Assembly: GCA_965217115.1 (NCBI GenBank)
Contig: OZ244239.1
Span: forward strand, 1,280,001 to 1,344,000
Direction: 5' to 3'
Length of the DNA stretch: 64,000 bases
DNA from: Bdellovibrionales bacterium
Lineage (GTDB): Bacteria > Bdellovibrionota > Bdellovibrionia > Bdellovibrionales > CAYMLA01
The position numbers were made by a program, and so were the translations under genes. The notes beneath the pieces were generated by a model. The model saw only the letters and a list, made by a program, of their open reading frames with translations, was not told where the DNA came from and searched no databases. Below are positions 29,636 through 39,624 of the stretch, in pieces. Within the stretch, counting starts at the first letter, position 1. Each line of letters begins with the position of its first letter.

Positions 29636-31633
29636 TTAATTTGAATCTTCGTCTCTTTGCTTTTTTAGATAATTTTCTGGATCAAATTCAGTGATGTCGT
29701 TGTTATCGACAGTAAGAGTGACGAGAGGGCGGATAACTTCTCTTTTTGCAGAGATACTGAGGTTTTTTATAAAGCCAGGGAATATTTTTAGAGAGGAGAG
29801 CTTCTCTTTAAGGTCTGTTCTTGATGTGGCCCCTGAAGTGATGAGTTGTCGAAGCAAAACAGCAGAATCGTAGGCTTGAATCTCAAATGTCCCAGGGCTT
29901 GTTTTAAAGACACGGGAAAAATCTTTATACAGAGAGGTCTGCTTAGTTTGTTCACTGACTAAAGCCCCGCCGATGAAAATGGTTAATTGAGAGAATCGCC
30001 CTGCGCGCTTTGGAAGAGATGATGTATGCCAAAGGTTTGTGCCGAGGAGAGAGAGATTTTCTACATCATTGTAGGCTAACATAGGGGCGACTTGTCCGAG
30101 AGTTTTTACGCTGTCTGGAATAAAAAGAGCTTCAAAATCAACAACAGGAGGAAGAATATCGTTGGGGATGTTTTTTCGTAGAGTTCTTCTTGTTTGAGAT
30201 TCGGTCCATTCTCGAAGACGAATTTTGTACTCAGGTAGTCGATCCTCAATATAGAATGTTCCAACAAGTCTTTGGATATGGGAACGAAAATCTGTTTCCT
30301 TTGGATTGTAACTGACGGCGCCTCGGATTTCTCCGCCGCGAGCAAGGACTTCATCCCAAAAAAGACTGGCATATTCTGTGCCATAGTTATCGTTGGGGTA
30401 GAGGATAGCAAAACGCTTGAGTTTCATTTCTTCCATCGCTGTGCGAACGAGGTGTTTCACTTGCATGTGACTGGTTGTGGCGTTTCTAAATACCGACCGA
30501 CCGACTTCTGTAACATTGCTTTTTTGAGAGAGAGCGATGCTTGGAACACCGAGTTCATGAGCTTTTGAAGCAACGGCTAAGGAGGTTTTACTTAGAAGAC
30601 TACCAACGATGGCAACGACGTGGTCCTCTTGAACCAGACGCTCAACGGCCTTTCGTGCAACGTCAGGGTTTCCTTCGCTGTCAATGACAGCTAACTTGAA
30701 TTGAGAGGGATTGTTATCATAAAGACCTAAGCCGAGTTGAAGTCCTTTTAGAGTTTTTTTTGCAATTTTAGCATGCTTTCCCGTTAGGGGGAGAATGGCC
30801 CCAATGGTGTAGGAAGATGTTTTTTTTAAAGAATTAATTTGGAAAATCAATTGTGAAGCTTCTTCAGAGAGGTCACTTTCTGGTAGTAAAACAATCACTT
30901 TATTTAGATAGTATCGAGCAAGGCTTGTGTTCTGTTTCTCGATATAATTATGTCCCAGTTGTAACATTGCATAGGGACGAATAAATGAATAGTCAGAGTT
31001 AGAGGAGACATCCTCTCTTTGAGAATCAGTGAGCTTAGATTCGGTGAGTTCTATGGCCTGTAGACGATATTGAGAACGATTCTCTGGAGAAGTATCCTCA
31101 ATAGATAAATAAACAAGGGTTTTAAGTTTTTCTAGTGGATGTTGAATTTGTGTTAATAACAGTAGAGACAAACGGTGGGCAAGGAGAGACTCTTTTTTTG
31201 AAAGCCCTGATTTGTTAATGAGTTTTTGATTGAGTTTAAATGCTTTTTCAAGTTGATTCATATGAAAAAGAGCACGAGAGGCATAGAGAAGAGCTTCAAT
31301 TTCTCGATCACTTTCAAAGCTAGATTGAATAACCTTTAAATAGTGTTGATAGGCTTTAGAGAAGTTTTGTTTTTTATTATAAATATGCCCTATTTCTATA
31401 GAAGCATCATCAGCGAGGTCTGAACCAGGAAAAGAATCTGTCACTTGGGAGAAAGAGAGAATAGCCTGAGAAAAGTGGCCATGTTTTTTTTGCCATAACC
31501 CTTTTTTATAAAGATTTTGAACAGAGAGAGGAGATTTGATTGCAGGCCGCTTAAAGAGCTGAGTTGAACAAGAGGAGAGAAAAAGTAAACAAGAAGAAAA
31601 TATTAATAGATTGTAAAATAAAATTTTGCTCAT
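29636..31633 (-). CDS. Lipoprotein with TPR repeats and periplasmic-binding-protein domain (LpoA/LppC-like)
   Basis: Lipobox LSSC, TPR-like repeats, IGAILPLTG, IVGSLLS, ALFIPD, QAYDSA. Confidence 0.8.
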   Translation of the reverse strand: MSKILFYNLLIFSSCLLFLSSCSTQLFKRPAIKSPLSVQNLYKKGLWQKKHGHFSQAILSFSQVTDSFPGSDLADDASIEIGHIYNKKQNFSKAYQHYLKVIQSSFESDREIEALLYASRALFHMNQLEKAFKLNQKLINKSGLSKKESLLAHRLSLLLLTQIQHPLEKLKTLVYLSIEDTSPENRSQYRLQAIELTESKLTDSQREDVSSNSDYSFIRPYAMLQLGHNYIEKQNTSLARYYLNKVIVLLPESDLSEEASQLIFQINSLKKTSSYTIGAILPLTGKHAKIAKKTLKGLQLGLGLYDNNPSQFKLAVIDSEGNPDVARKAVERLVQEDHVVAIVGSLLSKTSLAVASKAHELGVPSIALSQKSNVTEVGRSVFRNATTSHMQVKHLVRTAMEEMKLKRFAILYPNDNYGTEYASLFWDEVLARGGEIRGAVSYNPKETDFRSHIQRLVGTFYIEDRLPEYKIRLREWTESQTRRTLRKNIPNDILPPVVDFEALFIPDSVKTLGQVAPMLAYNDVENLSLLGTNLWHTSSLPKRAGRFSQLTIFIGGALVSEQTKQTSLYKDFSRVFKTSPGTFEIQAYDSAVLLRQLITSGATSRTDLKEKLSSLKIFPGFIKNLSISAKREVIRPLVTLTVDNNDITEFDPENYLKKQRDEDSN

Positions 31634-31691
31634 AGTCGCATGACTCCTCTTTACTGTGAAAACACTACCTTTTTTGACGATTTTTTTAAAC

Positions 31692-32639
31692 TTATTGTGA
31701 TGGTTTTTTTCTTAATTGTTCAAGGGTCTTTTTAAAATCGGCGACCTTCGGAGTGTCTTTAAGATCTGTTTTCATCTGCTTAAGTAGCTTAATTTGTTGT
31801 TTATTTAGGTCTTGAGGTGTGTCGACGAGTATTTTAATGAGCATATCTCCGTCCCCCGATCCTTTTAGTTCTGGAAAACCCTTTCCTTTGAGGCGAAAGA
31901 CTTGTTCAGAGGTGCTTCCCGGAGGAATTTTAAGGTGTCCACGCCCTGATAATGTGGGAATTTCGAGGGAGGCTCCCAAAATGGCATCAATGAAACTGAC
32001 GGGAAGGCTTAGAACGAGGCTACTGTCTTCGCGCTTGAAAATAGGGTGTTCTTGAATTTTTATGACAACATAGAGATCTCCGTTTGGGCCATTATTGACG
32101 CTAGAGTCCCCTTCGTTAGCAAGTTTAAGCTTTTGATCTTTTTTGACTCCTGCGGGCACTTTGACAGAGAGGCGTGTTGTGTCGTTGCGATTGTTTTTAA
32201 AGGCAATCTCTTTTTCACACCCTGAAGCGACCTCTTCGAGTGTGATTGTTAATGTGTAGCGTAAATCGGAGCCTTTGCGCGGGCGTGATTGGCGAGAATT
32301 TCTTTTGCCGCTACCAAAAACATCACCGAAGAGGTCTCCAAAAATATCCTGTGGATTAAAGTCTTGGTCAAAAGGACTTTGTCTGCCACGGAATCCTCCT
32401 CCGCTAAAACCTTGTTGTGCCCCAGCATGACCAAACTGATCGTACGTTTGCCTCTTCTGAGGGTTGCTGAGAACATCGTAAGCCCCTGTAATTTCTTTAA
32501 ATTTTTCCTCAGCTTGTTTATTATTTGGGTTTTTATCAGGATGATATTTCATTGCGAGCTTGCGATAGGCTTTTTTAAGTTCATCGGGAGAGGCCGAGCG
32601 ACTGACATTTAGAGTGGTGTAGTAATCTTGTTGTGACAT
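31692..32639 (-). CDS. dnaJ: J-domain chaperone (class B, no Zn finger)
   Basis: DYY..L, KYHPDKN, G/F region, C-terminal DnaJ domain, no CxxCxGxG; follows grpE. Confidence 0.88.
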   Translation of the reverse strand: MSQQDYYTTLNVSRSASPDELKKAYRKLAMKYHPDKNPNNKQAEEKFKEITGAYDVLSNPQKRQTYDQFGHAGAQQGFSGGGFRGRQSPFDQDFNPQDIFGDLFGDVFGSGKRNSRQSRPRKGSDLRYTLTITLEEVASGCEKEIAFKNNRNDTTRLSVKVPAGVKKDQKLKLANEGDSSVNNGPNGDLYVVIKIQEHPIFKREDSSLVLSLPVSFIDAILGASLEIPTLSGRGHLKIPPGSTSEQVFRLKGKGFPELKGSGDGDMLIKILVDTPQDLNKQQIKLLKQMKTDLKDTPKVADFKKTLEQLRKKPSQ

Positions 32640-32644
32640 ATAGA

Positions 32645-33250
32645 TTAAGACTTGGCCTTAGCAACAACGACTTGTGCTGGACGAATGACCTTGCCGTGCA
32701 TTTTATAGGGTTTTTTTAGAACACGAAGAATGTGGCCAGGGGCTATCTGGTCTGTTTCCTCGCTACTAAGGGCTTCATGTTGTGTGGGGTCAAAGGGAGT
32801 CCCTTGGCACAATATTTCTTCTACTCCATGCTTTTCTAGGGAGCACCTTAGATTTTTTGCAGTCATTTCGATTCCTTTTTTGAAGTCTTCCCAGCTATCG
32901 TTTTGCACCTTGGCTTCAAGGGCACGGTCAAAATTATCAACCACTTCGAGCAGATCATTGATGAGATTTTTAGCTCCAAATTTAATGAGTTCAGAACGCT
33001 CTTTAATGGTGTTTCTTTTGTAATTATCAAACTCAGCCTTAAGGTAGAGGTAGGCATCTTGGGATTTAGAGAGGCTTTCAGAGAGAGTTTCTTCGGTCTT
33101 CTCTATTGCTTTTTTTTGAGATTTACCATCAATCTTGTCGTTGGCGGCACTGTCAGTGATATTATCAGAGGCACTTTTGCTTGTTTGCTCTTTGACAGAA
33201 GAGGGCGTCGCCTTGGCTAATTGTTCAGAATTACTCGAATCTTCATTCAT
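32645..33250 (-). CDS. grpE: Nucleotide exchange factor GrpE
   Basis: [36 protein letters not shown]. Confidence 0.97.
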   Translation of the reverse strand: MNEDSSNSEQLAKATPSSVKEQTSKSASDNITDSAANDKIDGKSQKKAIEKTEETLSESLSKSQDAYLYLKAEFDNYKRNTIKERSELIKFGAKNLINDLLEVVDNFDRALEAKVQNDSWEDFKKGIEMTAKNLRCSLEKHGVEEILCQGTPFDPTQHEALSSEETDQIAPGHILRVLKKPYKMHGKVIRPAQVVVAKAKS

Positions 33251-33325
33251 AAAGAGCTCCTTATACACAAGAGGAAGTATGTTTCTTTTCTTGAAAATGT
33301 CAATGTGAGCCAAAGAAAAAACAAG

Positions 33326-34162
33326 CTAAAAAGAAGTATTTAAAATATGTGAAATAATGGTTTTTCCAGCTAAATCTTTATGTTTCTCAACTCGAAAGAC
33401 AAAACAAATTTTATCTTTAAAGAAAATTTGCTCATCTACAATAGATAGGTTCTTGTATTGTTTGGCGACTCTCTCTGGCAAAATACCAGTGCCATAGCCG
33501 ATGGAGGTGAGTTTAGCGATAACCTCCAAGTTTCCAGAGGTCAGTTGATGCTTGAATTTGTGTTGAGATTTTTGCAATTTCTTAAGAATAGAGTTGGATT
33601 GGATGAGCTCAGAGTCATAGATAAGCCGTGAGGATTTTTTCTTTGAGTGGCTAAAAAGAGCGACTCGGTCTTGGCAGAGTTCTTTTATTATTAAGTCAGG
33701 ATGTTTTTTGGGGTTCACGATGATGCCAAAATCTAACTCCCAGTTAATAACTTTTTTAGTGATCTCCCTGGAGAGACCGTGTTCAAGGTTAAATTCTAGA
33801 TTCGGAAAGCTTCTATCTAGTTCAGGTAAAAAATGTTCAAGAGTGTAAAGAGCGACAGAGGGGTGAACGCCTAAGGAGTATTTTCCCACAACAGCCCCCT
33901 TTTCGTTGCTGACAAGCGCTTTTATTTCTCCCCATTCAAAGAGAAGAGCCCGCCCCCGTTGAGCAAAAGACTCACCTAACTTTGTTAATTGCACTCCATT
34001 TTTAAGTCTAATTAATAGAGGCCCCCCCAGTTCCCTTTCAAGGCGCTTAACTGAGTAGCTCAAAGCTGGCTGAGTGATTCCAGCCAACTCAGAGGCGCGA
34101 GTGATGTTCAGAGTCTCTGAAACAAAGAGAAAATATTTTATATCTTCTAGAACAACAGACAT
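33326..34162 (-). CDS. LysR-family transcriptional regulator
   Basis: NITRASELAGITQPALSYSVKRLERELG HTH plus substrate-binding domain. Confidence 0.95.
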   Translation of the reverse strand: MSVVLEDIKYFLFVSETLNITRASELAGITQPALSYSVKRLERELGGPLLIRLKNGVQLTKLGESFAQRGRALLFEWGEIKALVSNEKGAVVGKYSLGVHPSVALYTLEHFLPELDRSFPNLEFNLEHGLSREITKKVINWELDFGIIVNPKKHPDLIIKELCQDRVALFSHSKKKSSRLIYDSELIQSNSILKKLQKSQHKFKHQLTSGNLEVIAKLTSIGYGTGILPERVAKQYKNLSIVDEQIFFKDKICFVFRVEKHKDLAGKTIISHILNTSF

Positions 34163-34175
34163 AAGAGAATTGTAT
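34161..34175. promoter_or_regulatory. Possible LysR T-N11-A box at the LysR start
   Basis: ATA-agagaattg-TAT dyad in the divergent intergenic region. Confidence 0.35.
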
Positions 34176-34422
34176 CACAGAGATTCAAAATAAACATTTT
34201 ATTTATTTTTATTTTAGGAGCATAACTACTGCTGTGGGGGAGAGGAGATGGGTGTGTAAAAAAGATAATATCTAAAGTGTGGGTCGCTAAAGGTGGGCGA
34301 TGCCCAGAGATTGATTTGTTTAGAAATAAAAAAACAGATAGAAAGCTGTTTTTACTCGTCAAAAACGAGGCGTGTCATTTTGTAATTTATGTCATTCTAT
34401 AATTTAACTGTGGAGAGGTGAA

Positions 34423-35214
34423 ATGTCTGAAAAAAGTGATTTAAACCGAAGAAGTTTTTTTAAAACAGGACTTGGTGTTGCAGGGGCATTTATCGCCAGT
34501 AGGGCCTTGGCTGAAACATGTAGATCAGTGACAAGTGAGCAGCCGTTAGGGCCTTTTTTCCCTAATGCAGGAACACCTCAAGATCCTATCAGGGAAAATA
34601 ATGATCAAGGAATTCCGATACACCTTGCTAATGATAATGATTTAACTTTTATCAAAGGACGTGGAGGTCAAGCAAAGGGGCAGGTGGTTTACATTAAAGG
34701 GCTTTTGACAGATGAAGCCTGTGAACCCATTTCCAATGGAACGATTGTTATTTGGCAAGCATCGTCAAGCGGTCGCTACAACCACAGAGGGGATGCTGAT
34801 AATCAAGATTTTGCCCATCCTGTGACGGGAAAAATAATAAAAAGAGTCTTGGATCCTTCGTTTCAGTATTGGGGACAAGCGGTAACAAATGAGAGAGGAG
34901 AGTATCGGTTTAAAACAATTATCCCTGGGTTTTACCCCGCGGATTTACAGAACAAATGGTATCGTCCTCCACATATTCATTTTCTTGCATCTGCTACGGG
35001 ACAGCCTCAATTTGTGACTCAAATGTATTTCAAGGGTCAGGATATTGAGGAAAATGATTGGATTCAGGAACTCAATAGGAGAGATTTTTTGTTGCAAAAC
35101 TCTAGAATGAGTACAGCAGAAAAAGAAGCTCTTGTTATTGATTTTAAAAGAGACACGAGTGGAAAGATAACAGATGGCTTGGTGGGGCGATTTGACATTA
35201 CTTTACCGAGATAA
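34423..35214 (+). CDS. Tat-exported intradiol ring-cleavage dioxygenase-like protein (protocatechuate 3,4-dioxygenase beta-like)
   Basis: NRRSFFK Tat motif; GPFF, IWQA...GRY, FKTIIPGFY, RPPHIHF, TQMYF. Confidence 0.88.
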   Translation: MSEKSDLNRRSFFKTGLGVAGAFIASRALAETCRSVTSEQPLGPFFPNAGTPQDPIRENNDQGIPIHLANDNDLTFIKGRGGQAKGQVVYIKGLLTDEACEPISNGTIVIWQASSSGRYNHRGDADNQDFAHPVTGKIIKRVLDPSFQYWGQAVTNERGEYRFKTIIPGFYPADLQNKWYRPPHIHFLASATGQPQFVTQMYFKGQDIEENDWIQELNRRDFLLQNSRMSTAEKEALVIDFKRDTSGKITDGLVGRFDITLPR

Positions 35215-35330
35215 TCAGAAAAAACTGATAATTTAAATGAAAAAATTACAAAGAGACTAGAGATTGGATTTAGATTTTTTTAATTAGACAATTAATATAA
35301 TTAAAGAGAATGTTTTCAAAAAAGGAGAAT

Positions 35331-35912
35331 ATGATGAAAAACTTAATAAGTAGAATGGTGTTTTTAACGTTGCTTTCAGCACAAGCTTTAGCGGGATTCG
35401 CTGAGGTTGGTGACTACAAAATTGATCCTACACACACAAATGTCGGTTTTAAAGTGGGTCACTTAGGTATCAGTATAGTTGTAGGTCGCTTTAATACTGT
35501 TAGTGGAGATGTTAAACTTACTGGAGATAGAAATTCTACAATTTCAGCAAAAATAGACACGGCAAGTGTTGATACTAATAATGAGAGAAGAGATAATCAT
35601 TTGAGAAGTGGTGATTTTTTTAATTCCAATCGTTTTCCTAAAATAGAATATGTGTCCAGCAAAATGACTCTAAATGGAGATGGTGACCCAGAAACTATTG
35701 AGGGACACTTAGTCCTGCTCGGCATAAGAAAGCCTGTAAACTTAAAGGTTCAAACTCTTGGAGGCGGTTTGGGTCCCCGTGGAAAACATCGCATTGGTCT
35801 TCAAGCTAAAGGAAGGATTAGGCGTACTGATTTCGGAATGAATAAATTTCTTGTTCCAGCAGGTGATAACGTAGAGATTATACTCAATGTCGAATTAATC
35901 AAAAAAAACTAA
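35331..35912 (+). CDS. YceI-family periplasmic lipid/polyisoprenoid-binding protein
   Basis: YKIDPTHTNVGFKVGHLG, SVDTNNERRDNHLRSGDFF, IRRTDFGM; signal peptide. Confidence 0.93.
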   Translation: MMKNLISRMVFLTLLSAQALAGFAEVGDYKIDPTHTNVGFKVGHLGISIVVGRFNTVSGDVKLTGDRNSTISAKIDTASVDTNNERRDNHLRSGDFFNSNRFPKIEYVSSKMTLNGDGDPETIEGHLVLLGIRKPVNLKVQTLGGGLGPRGKHRIGLQAKGRIRRTDFGMNKFLVPAGDNVEIILNVELIKKN

Positions 35913-35934
35913 AAAAAAATGAGGGCCACGATTT

Positions 35935-36816
35935 ATGAAATTATCTATTGCCCTCATAAAAACAGTTAAAATAACTTTATCTCTGGCGAGCTTGATGTTC
36001 ACCGCTTGCTCGCCCACTCATGACAACCCTCTTCTAAATAAAAAATCAACATCGAGGCAAGTGCAAGAGCTATTGCAAGCCCCAGAGACGATCGTCTTTA
36101 GTGATATAAAGAGGTTAGTTTTGACAACTAGATGTTTAGATTGCCATGGCGGTCAAGAGACAAAGGCAAATGTCAATTTAGTGAGTTACGATAACTTAAC
36201 TTCAGGTTTAAATTTTAAGAAGGTGGTGATTCCGTTTGATGTAAGAAGGAGCGAATTATTAAGCACTCTGACAGCATCTGGTGATCGTAGAATGCCACCT
36301 CTAGACGAACCACAATTAACTGATGGAGAAAAGAGCCTTTTATTTGCTTGGATTAGTCATGGAGCGAAAAATATAACGCTAGCTAAGAGACCTATTACTT
36401 TAAAAGAAGAGCTTCAAAAATACTTTGAAAAACCGGAAACAATTGACTATCAGATTATTCAGAAGAAGGTTTTTAAGAATCAGTGTTTTAAATGTCATTC
36501 ACAAGAAAGCGAACTTGCTGAGGATGATGTGCTTTTGTATTCTGCTGACTTAACAAATTATCAGACAATTTTTAATTCTTTTGAACCTGTAGTTAAAAAG
36601 GGAGACATAGAAGAAAGCGCTTTATTTCGCTCAGTTGCTATTGAGCAATCTATGCCTCTAGAGAGTGAAGGCTATGAGCCTCTGGACAGCTTACTAGTCA
36701 AACTGTTGAGACTTTGGATTTTAAACTGTGCTATTGAGTCTTATGACCCTGAAGAGGAAGGTTTGATCTCTAATCCAAAGTCACCAGATAAGGTTCGCTT
36801 GTGCGAAGGACAGTAG
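35935..36816 (+). CDS. Diheme c-type cytochrome lipoprotein (two repeated cytochrome domains)
   Basis: Lipobox FTAC; CLDCH...RMPP...WI and CFKCH...SMP...WI repeats. Confidence 0.8.
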   Translation: MKLSIALIKTVKITLSLASLMFTACSPTHDNPLLNKKSTSRQVQELLQAPETIVFSDIKRLVLTTRCLDCHGGQETKANVNLVSYDNLTSGLNFKKVVIPFDVRRSELLSTLTASGDRRMPPLDEPQLTDGEKSLLFAWISHGAKNITLAKRPITLKEELQKYFEKPETIDYQIIQKKVFKNQCFKCHSQESELAEDDVLLYSADLTNYQTIFNSFEPVVKKGDIEESALFRSVAIEQSMPLESEGYEPLDSLLVKLLRLWILNCAIESYDPEEEGLISNPKSPDKVRLCEGQ

Positions 36817-36826
36817 TATTGAGAAA

Positions 36827-38443
36827 TTAGAAGTACAGATGGGTTTGTAATATTAAAGAGCTTTGTTTGTGCGTTGTGTGTTCATGTTTATCATAATTTG
36901 TCATCTCCCTATAGAAGGCAGAAAAATCAACTCCTGGAAAAATAAATGTGCGATAGCCAAGAGAATTTTGATTTGCACGACCTTCATTTAAGCTGAGTGC
37001 TGTGTCTGCTCTCTCTGCGATGAATTCAATATAGTTTTCTTTCCAGATCCGATAACGAAGTTCAAGAGTAAAAACACTTCCTTTGTTAAAAGCATCCTGA
37101 GTGAATTCCTGCTCTAAGCGAAGCATTTCAAAATTAAGGATAAAACCTTGCCACTTCATTCCACCCTGAATTGAATGGGCTAGAGTTGTAAGGTTTTTTT
37201 TGGTTGATTGATTTGCGGTATTCCAGAAAGAATAAACAAAAGAAGCCCCAAGAGTGACCCACCGAGCTCCGAGGTTAGTAATAAAACCTCTCTCTTGCAT
37301 GAAGGGCCCTTGTGATGGTTGTACGAAATGAACATTAATAAAAGGAACATTTGGGGCACTGCCAATAGAAATCGTTTTAAAGGTCGCAGAGAATGGGCTA
37401 GTTGAAAGAGCTGATCTATAGAACATAGATTGGGCAAGAGTTTCGTGATCAGGTGTGTAGTGTTCAAACATAGGTTTATAAAGACCATGCATGATGAAAG
37501 AGTTAAATGGTAAGTCATCTATAAGAACATAGGCTGACTTTGCTTTAGCTGATTGGAACTGATGTTCTGGCTCTTTGGTATTTGGTCCATTCGCATAACG
37601 AGTCTCTGAAACAAACGCAATTTTATAAAATTTAGAATGGGCAGGAAGAGGTCTGTATTCAAGCCCAACGTCAAATACCATCGGCCAGAGATCAAGATCA
37701 GTCTCGATTTTTTTATTGTTAGAAGACTTTGTTAAAGGCATATGCGCTAAATATCGAAAATCCACACCGACATTTATTTTCTTTGTACGTTTAAACATGT
37801 AAGGATCGTTAAAAGGGATTACAGACTCAAATTTTTTGGAAGATTCTACGATAGACTCCCAGTTAGTATCGCCATTTGCTCTTTCGTAATAAAACTCTTC
37901 AAAACTCATTTTTTTAAAATCAGATTCAGTGAATGTCTTTTTTTGACTTATTTCTCTTAATTGAGCCGTTTTTCTAATTGCTGTAGCGAGTTGTTTTCTT
38001 GTCTTTAGATTTTGTGGCAAGGTTTTCGTATTAGTTTTTCTTTTTTCTTGTAAAGCTTTTTTCATTTTATTTGCATGCGTTTGAGAGGTGTACCCCTGGG
38101 CAAACCATGGAAGGGGTTTTTCTTTGTTTTTGCCAACTTTAAAATAACCTGAATTAAGCCAACGATTTGAGGTCCATTTACCATAAAAATTTCTTAGACC
38201 TCCCCCGTTTGGATTTGTGTGGCAACCTTGACAGGAGAGCGTGCATCGTCTTTTTTCAGCTTTGACATTATAACGACTCGGGGAATGGCAGGCGGCGCAG
38301 TTTTGTGCGAAACGGGTTGCGAGCCAAGGCTCCGCACTGGTCGTAAATGACAAAAATAATATGATATTCGCAAACAAAACTTTCAAAGATCCTCCAAGTA
38401 TTTTAAGGGATAAGGTCATTTCTAAAAAAGGTAAGCTCTTCAA
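36827..38443 (-). CDS. Diheme cytochrome c fused to probable outer-membrane beta-barrel (Cyc2-like architecture)
   Basis: Signal peptide then EPWLATRFAQNCAACH and CQGCHTNPNGGGLRNFYG; amphipathic strands; C-terminal HLYF; exact start uncertain. Confidence 0.7.
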   Translation of the reverse strand: MKSLPFLEMTLSLKILGGSLKVLFANIILFLSFTTSAEPWLATRFAQNCAACHSPSRYNVKAEKRRCTLSCQGCHTNPNGGGLRNFYGKWTSNRWLNSGYFKVGKNKEKPLPWFAQGYTSQTHANKMKKALQEKRKTNTKTLPQNLKTRKQLATAIRKTAQLREISQKKTFTESDFKKMSFEEFYYERANGDTNWESIVESSKKFESVIPFNDPYMFKRTKKINVGVDFRYLAHMPLTKSSNNKKIETDLDLWPMVFDVGLEYRPLPAHSKFYKIAFVSETRYANGPNTKEPEHQFQSAKAKSAYVLIDDLPFNSFIMHGLYKPMFEHYTPDHETLAQSMFYRSALSTSPFSATFKTISIGSAPNVPFINVHFVQPSQGPFMQERGFITNLGARWVTLGASFVYSFWNTANQSTKKNLTTLAHSIQGGMKWQGFILNFEMLRLEQEFTQDAFNKGSVFTLELRYRIWKENYIEFIAERADTALSLNEGRANQNSLGYRTFIFPGVDFSAFYREMTNYDKHEHTTHKQSSLILQTHLYF

Positions 38444-39608
38444 AGACTTGGTTACTGAGATTTTTTCCTTGAGAACTTAAAGACCAATTCTTTGCTTCAG
38501 CAGAGACGAGCCCTTGTTCGACGAGTTTTTTAAGACGTCTTTTTGTTTCTAAAAAAGCGGGTTTTGAGAATTTTTTTTCAAGAGAGTCGTCTCTAAGGCC
38601 TGTATTCATGCGCAAGGATGTGTGGCAGTAGTCAGTGAGGCACTCGTGGAGTGTGAGATTTTCAATCAGAGAATTTGGGCGCAGAGAGGAGATTGTTTGG
38701 GGTTCGGCTTTTAATGAAGAGAGCCATTTTTCATACTGAGGAAAAGTGACGGGGTTTGAGAAGCGGAGCCCCCAAGAGTTTTCTTGTGGAATGAGGTGTA
38801 TAGGAGTCTCTTTTGGAAAGTAGGAATGGGCACTCATGCCAAGCCCCCAATAGGCGTGATCTTTCCAATAAATTTGATTGTGTTTTGATTCCTGATTTTT
38901 CAAGGCATAGTTGGAGAGTTCATAACGCTGAAGCCCAGAGAGTTTTAGCTTTTCTTCAATAAGCTGGAACATCTCGATTTGCTCTTGATCGGAGGCGCGT
39001 CCCTTCATAAGAAAATGGTTTTCAGGAATGGTGAGGTTGTAAGCGCTCATATGAGAGGGATTGTAGGATAAAAAATGTTCTAAATCGGCCTCTAACATAG
39101 ACAAATTTTGCCGTGGAAGACCAAATAGAATGTCAGCAGAAAAAAGAGTTCCGTGTTCTTTTAAGTAGCTTAAAGTTTCATGGGAGTTTTGGACGGAGTG
39201 TTTACGCTTGGTTTGCTTTAAGAGTTCCTCGTCAAAGGTCTGGACGCCAACGCTAAAACGATTGAAGCCTGCGGTTTTAAGAAGATCAATTTCTTGGGAT
39301 AAAACCGTTCCAGGGTTGATTTCTAGAGTGATTTCGATATTTGGAGAAAAAATAAAACCGTTGTCTTGTAGTAATTTTAAAAGGGATACTAAGAGATAGT
39401 TGGGAACAAGGCTTGGGGTTCCTCCACCAAAGTAAATAGAGTCAATTTTAGTGAATGGTATGGTAGGACGGTAAGCTAAAAATTCTTGTTTAAGAAGTTG
39501 AACATATTTAAGGATATGGTCTTTATCGTTATTTTGTATGGTTGCGAAGTCACAATAGGAACACTGCTGTAGGCAATGTGGAATATGAATATAGAGACCA
39601 AACTTCAT
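38403..39608 (-). CDS. hemW: Radical SAM heme chaperone HemW (HemN-like)
   Basis: LYIHIPHCLQQCSYCDF, YFGGGTPS, YELSNYA, HNQIYW. Confidence 0.9.
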   Translation of the reverse strand: MKFGLYIHIPHCLQQCSYCDFATIQNNDKDHILKYVQLLKQEFLAYRPTIPFTKIDSIYFGGGTPSLVPNYLLVSLLKLLQDNGFIFSPNIEITLEINPGTVLSQEIDLLKTAGFNRFSVGVQTFDEELLKQTKRKHSVQNSHETLSYLKEHGTLFSADILFGLPRQNLSMLEADLEHFLSYNPSHMSAYNLTIPENHFLMKGRASDQEQIEMFQLIEEKLKLSGLQRYELSNYALKNQESKHNQIYWKDHAYWGLGMSAHSYFPKETPIHLIPQENSWGLRFSNPVTFPQYEKWLSSLKAEPQTISSLRPNSLIENLTLHECLTDYCHTSLRMNTGLRDDSLEKKFSKPAFLETKRRLKKLVEQGLVSAEAKNWSLSSQGKNLSNQVFEELTFFRNDLIP

Positions 39609-39624
39609 AGGAGTAAGTTATTTT

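Noticed and set aside
34147..34362. 71-aa ORF upstream of LysR
   Set aside because: No recognisable motif; lies in the divergent promoter region
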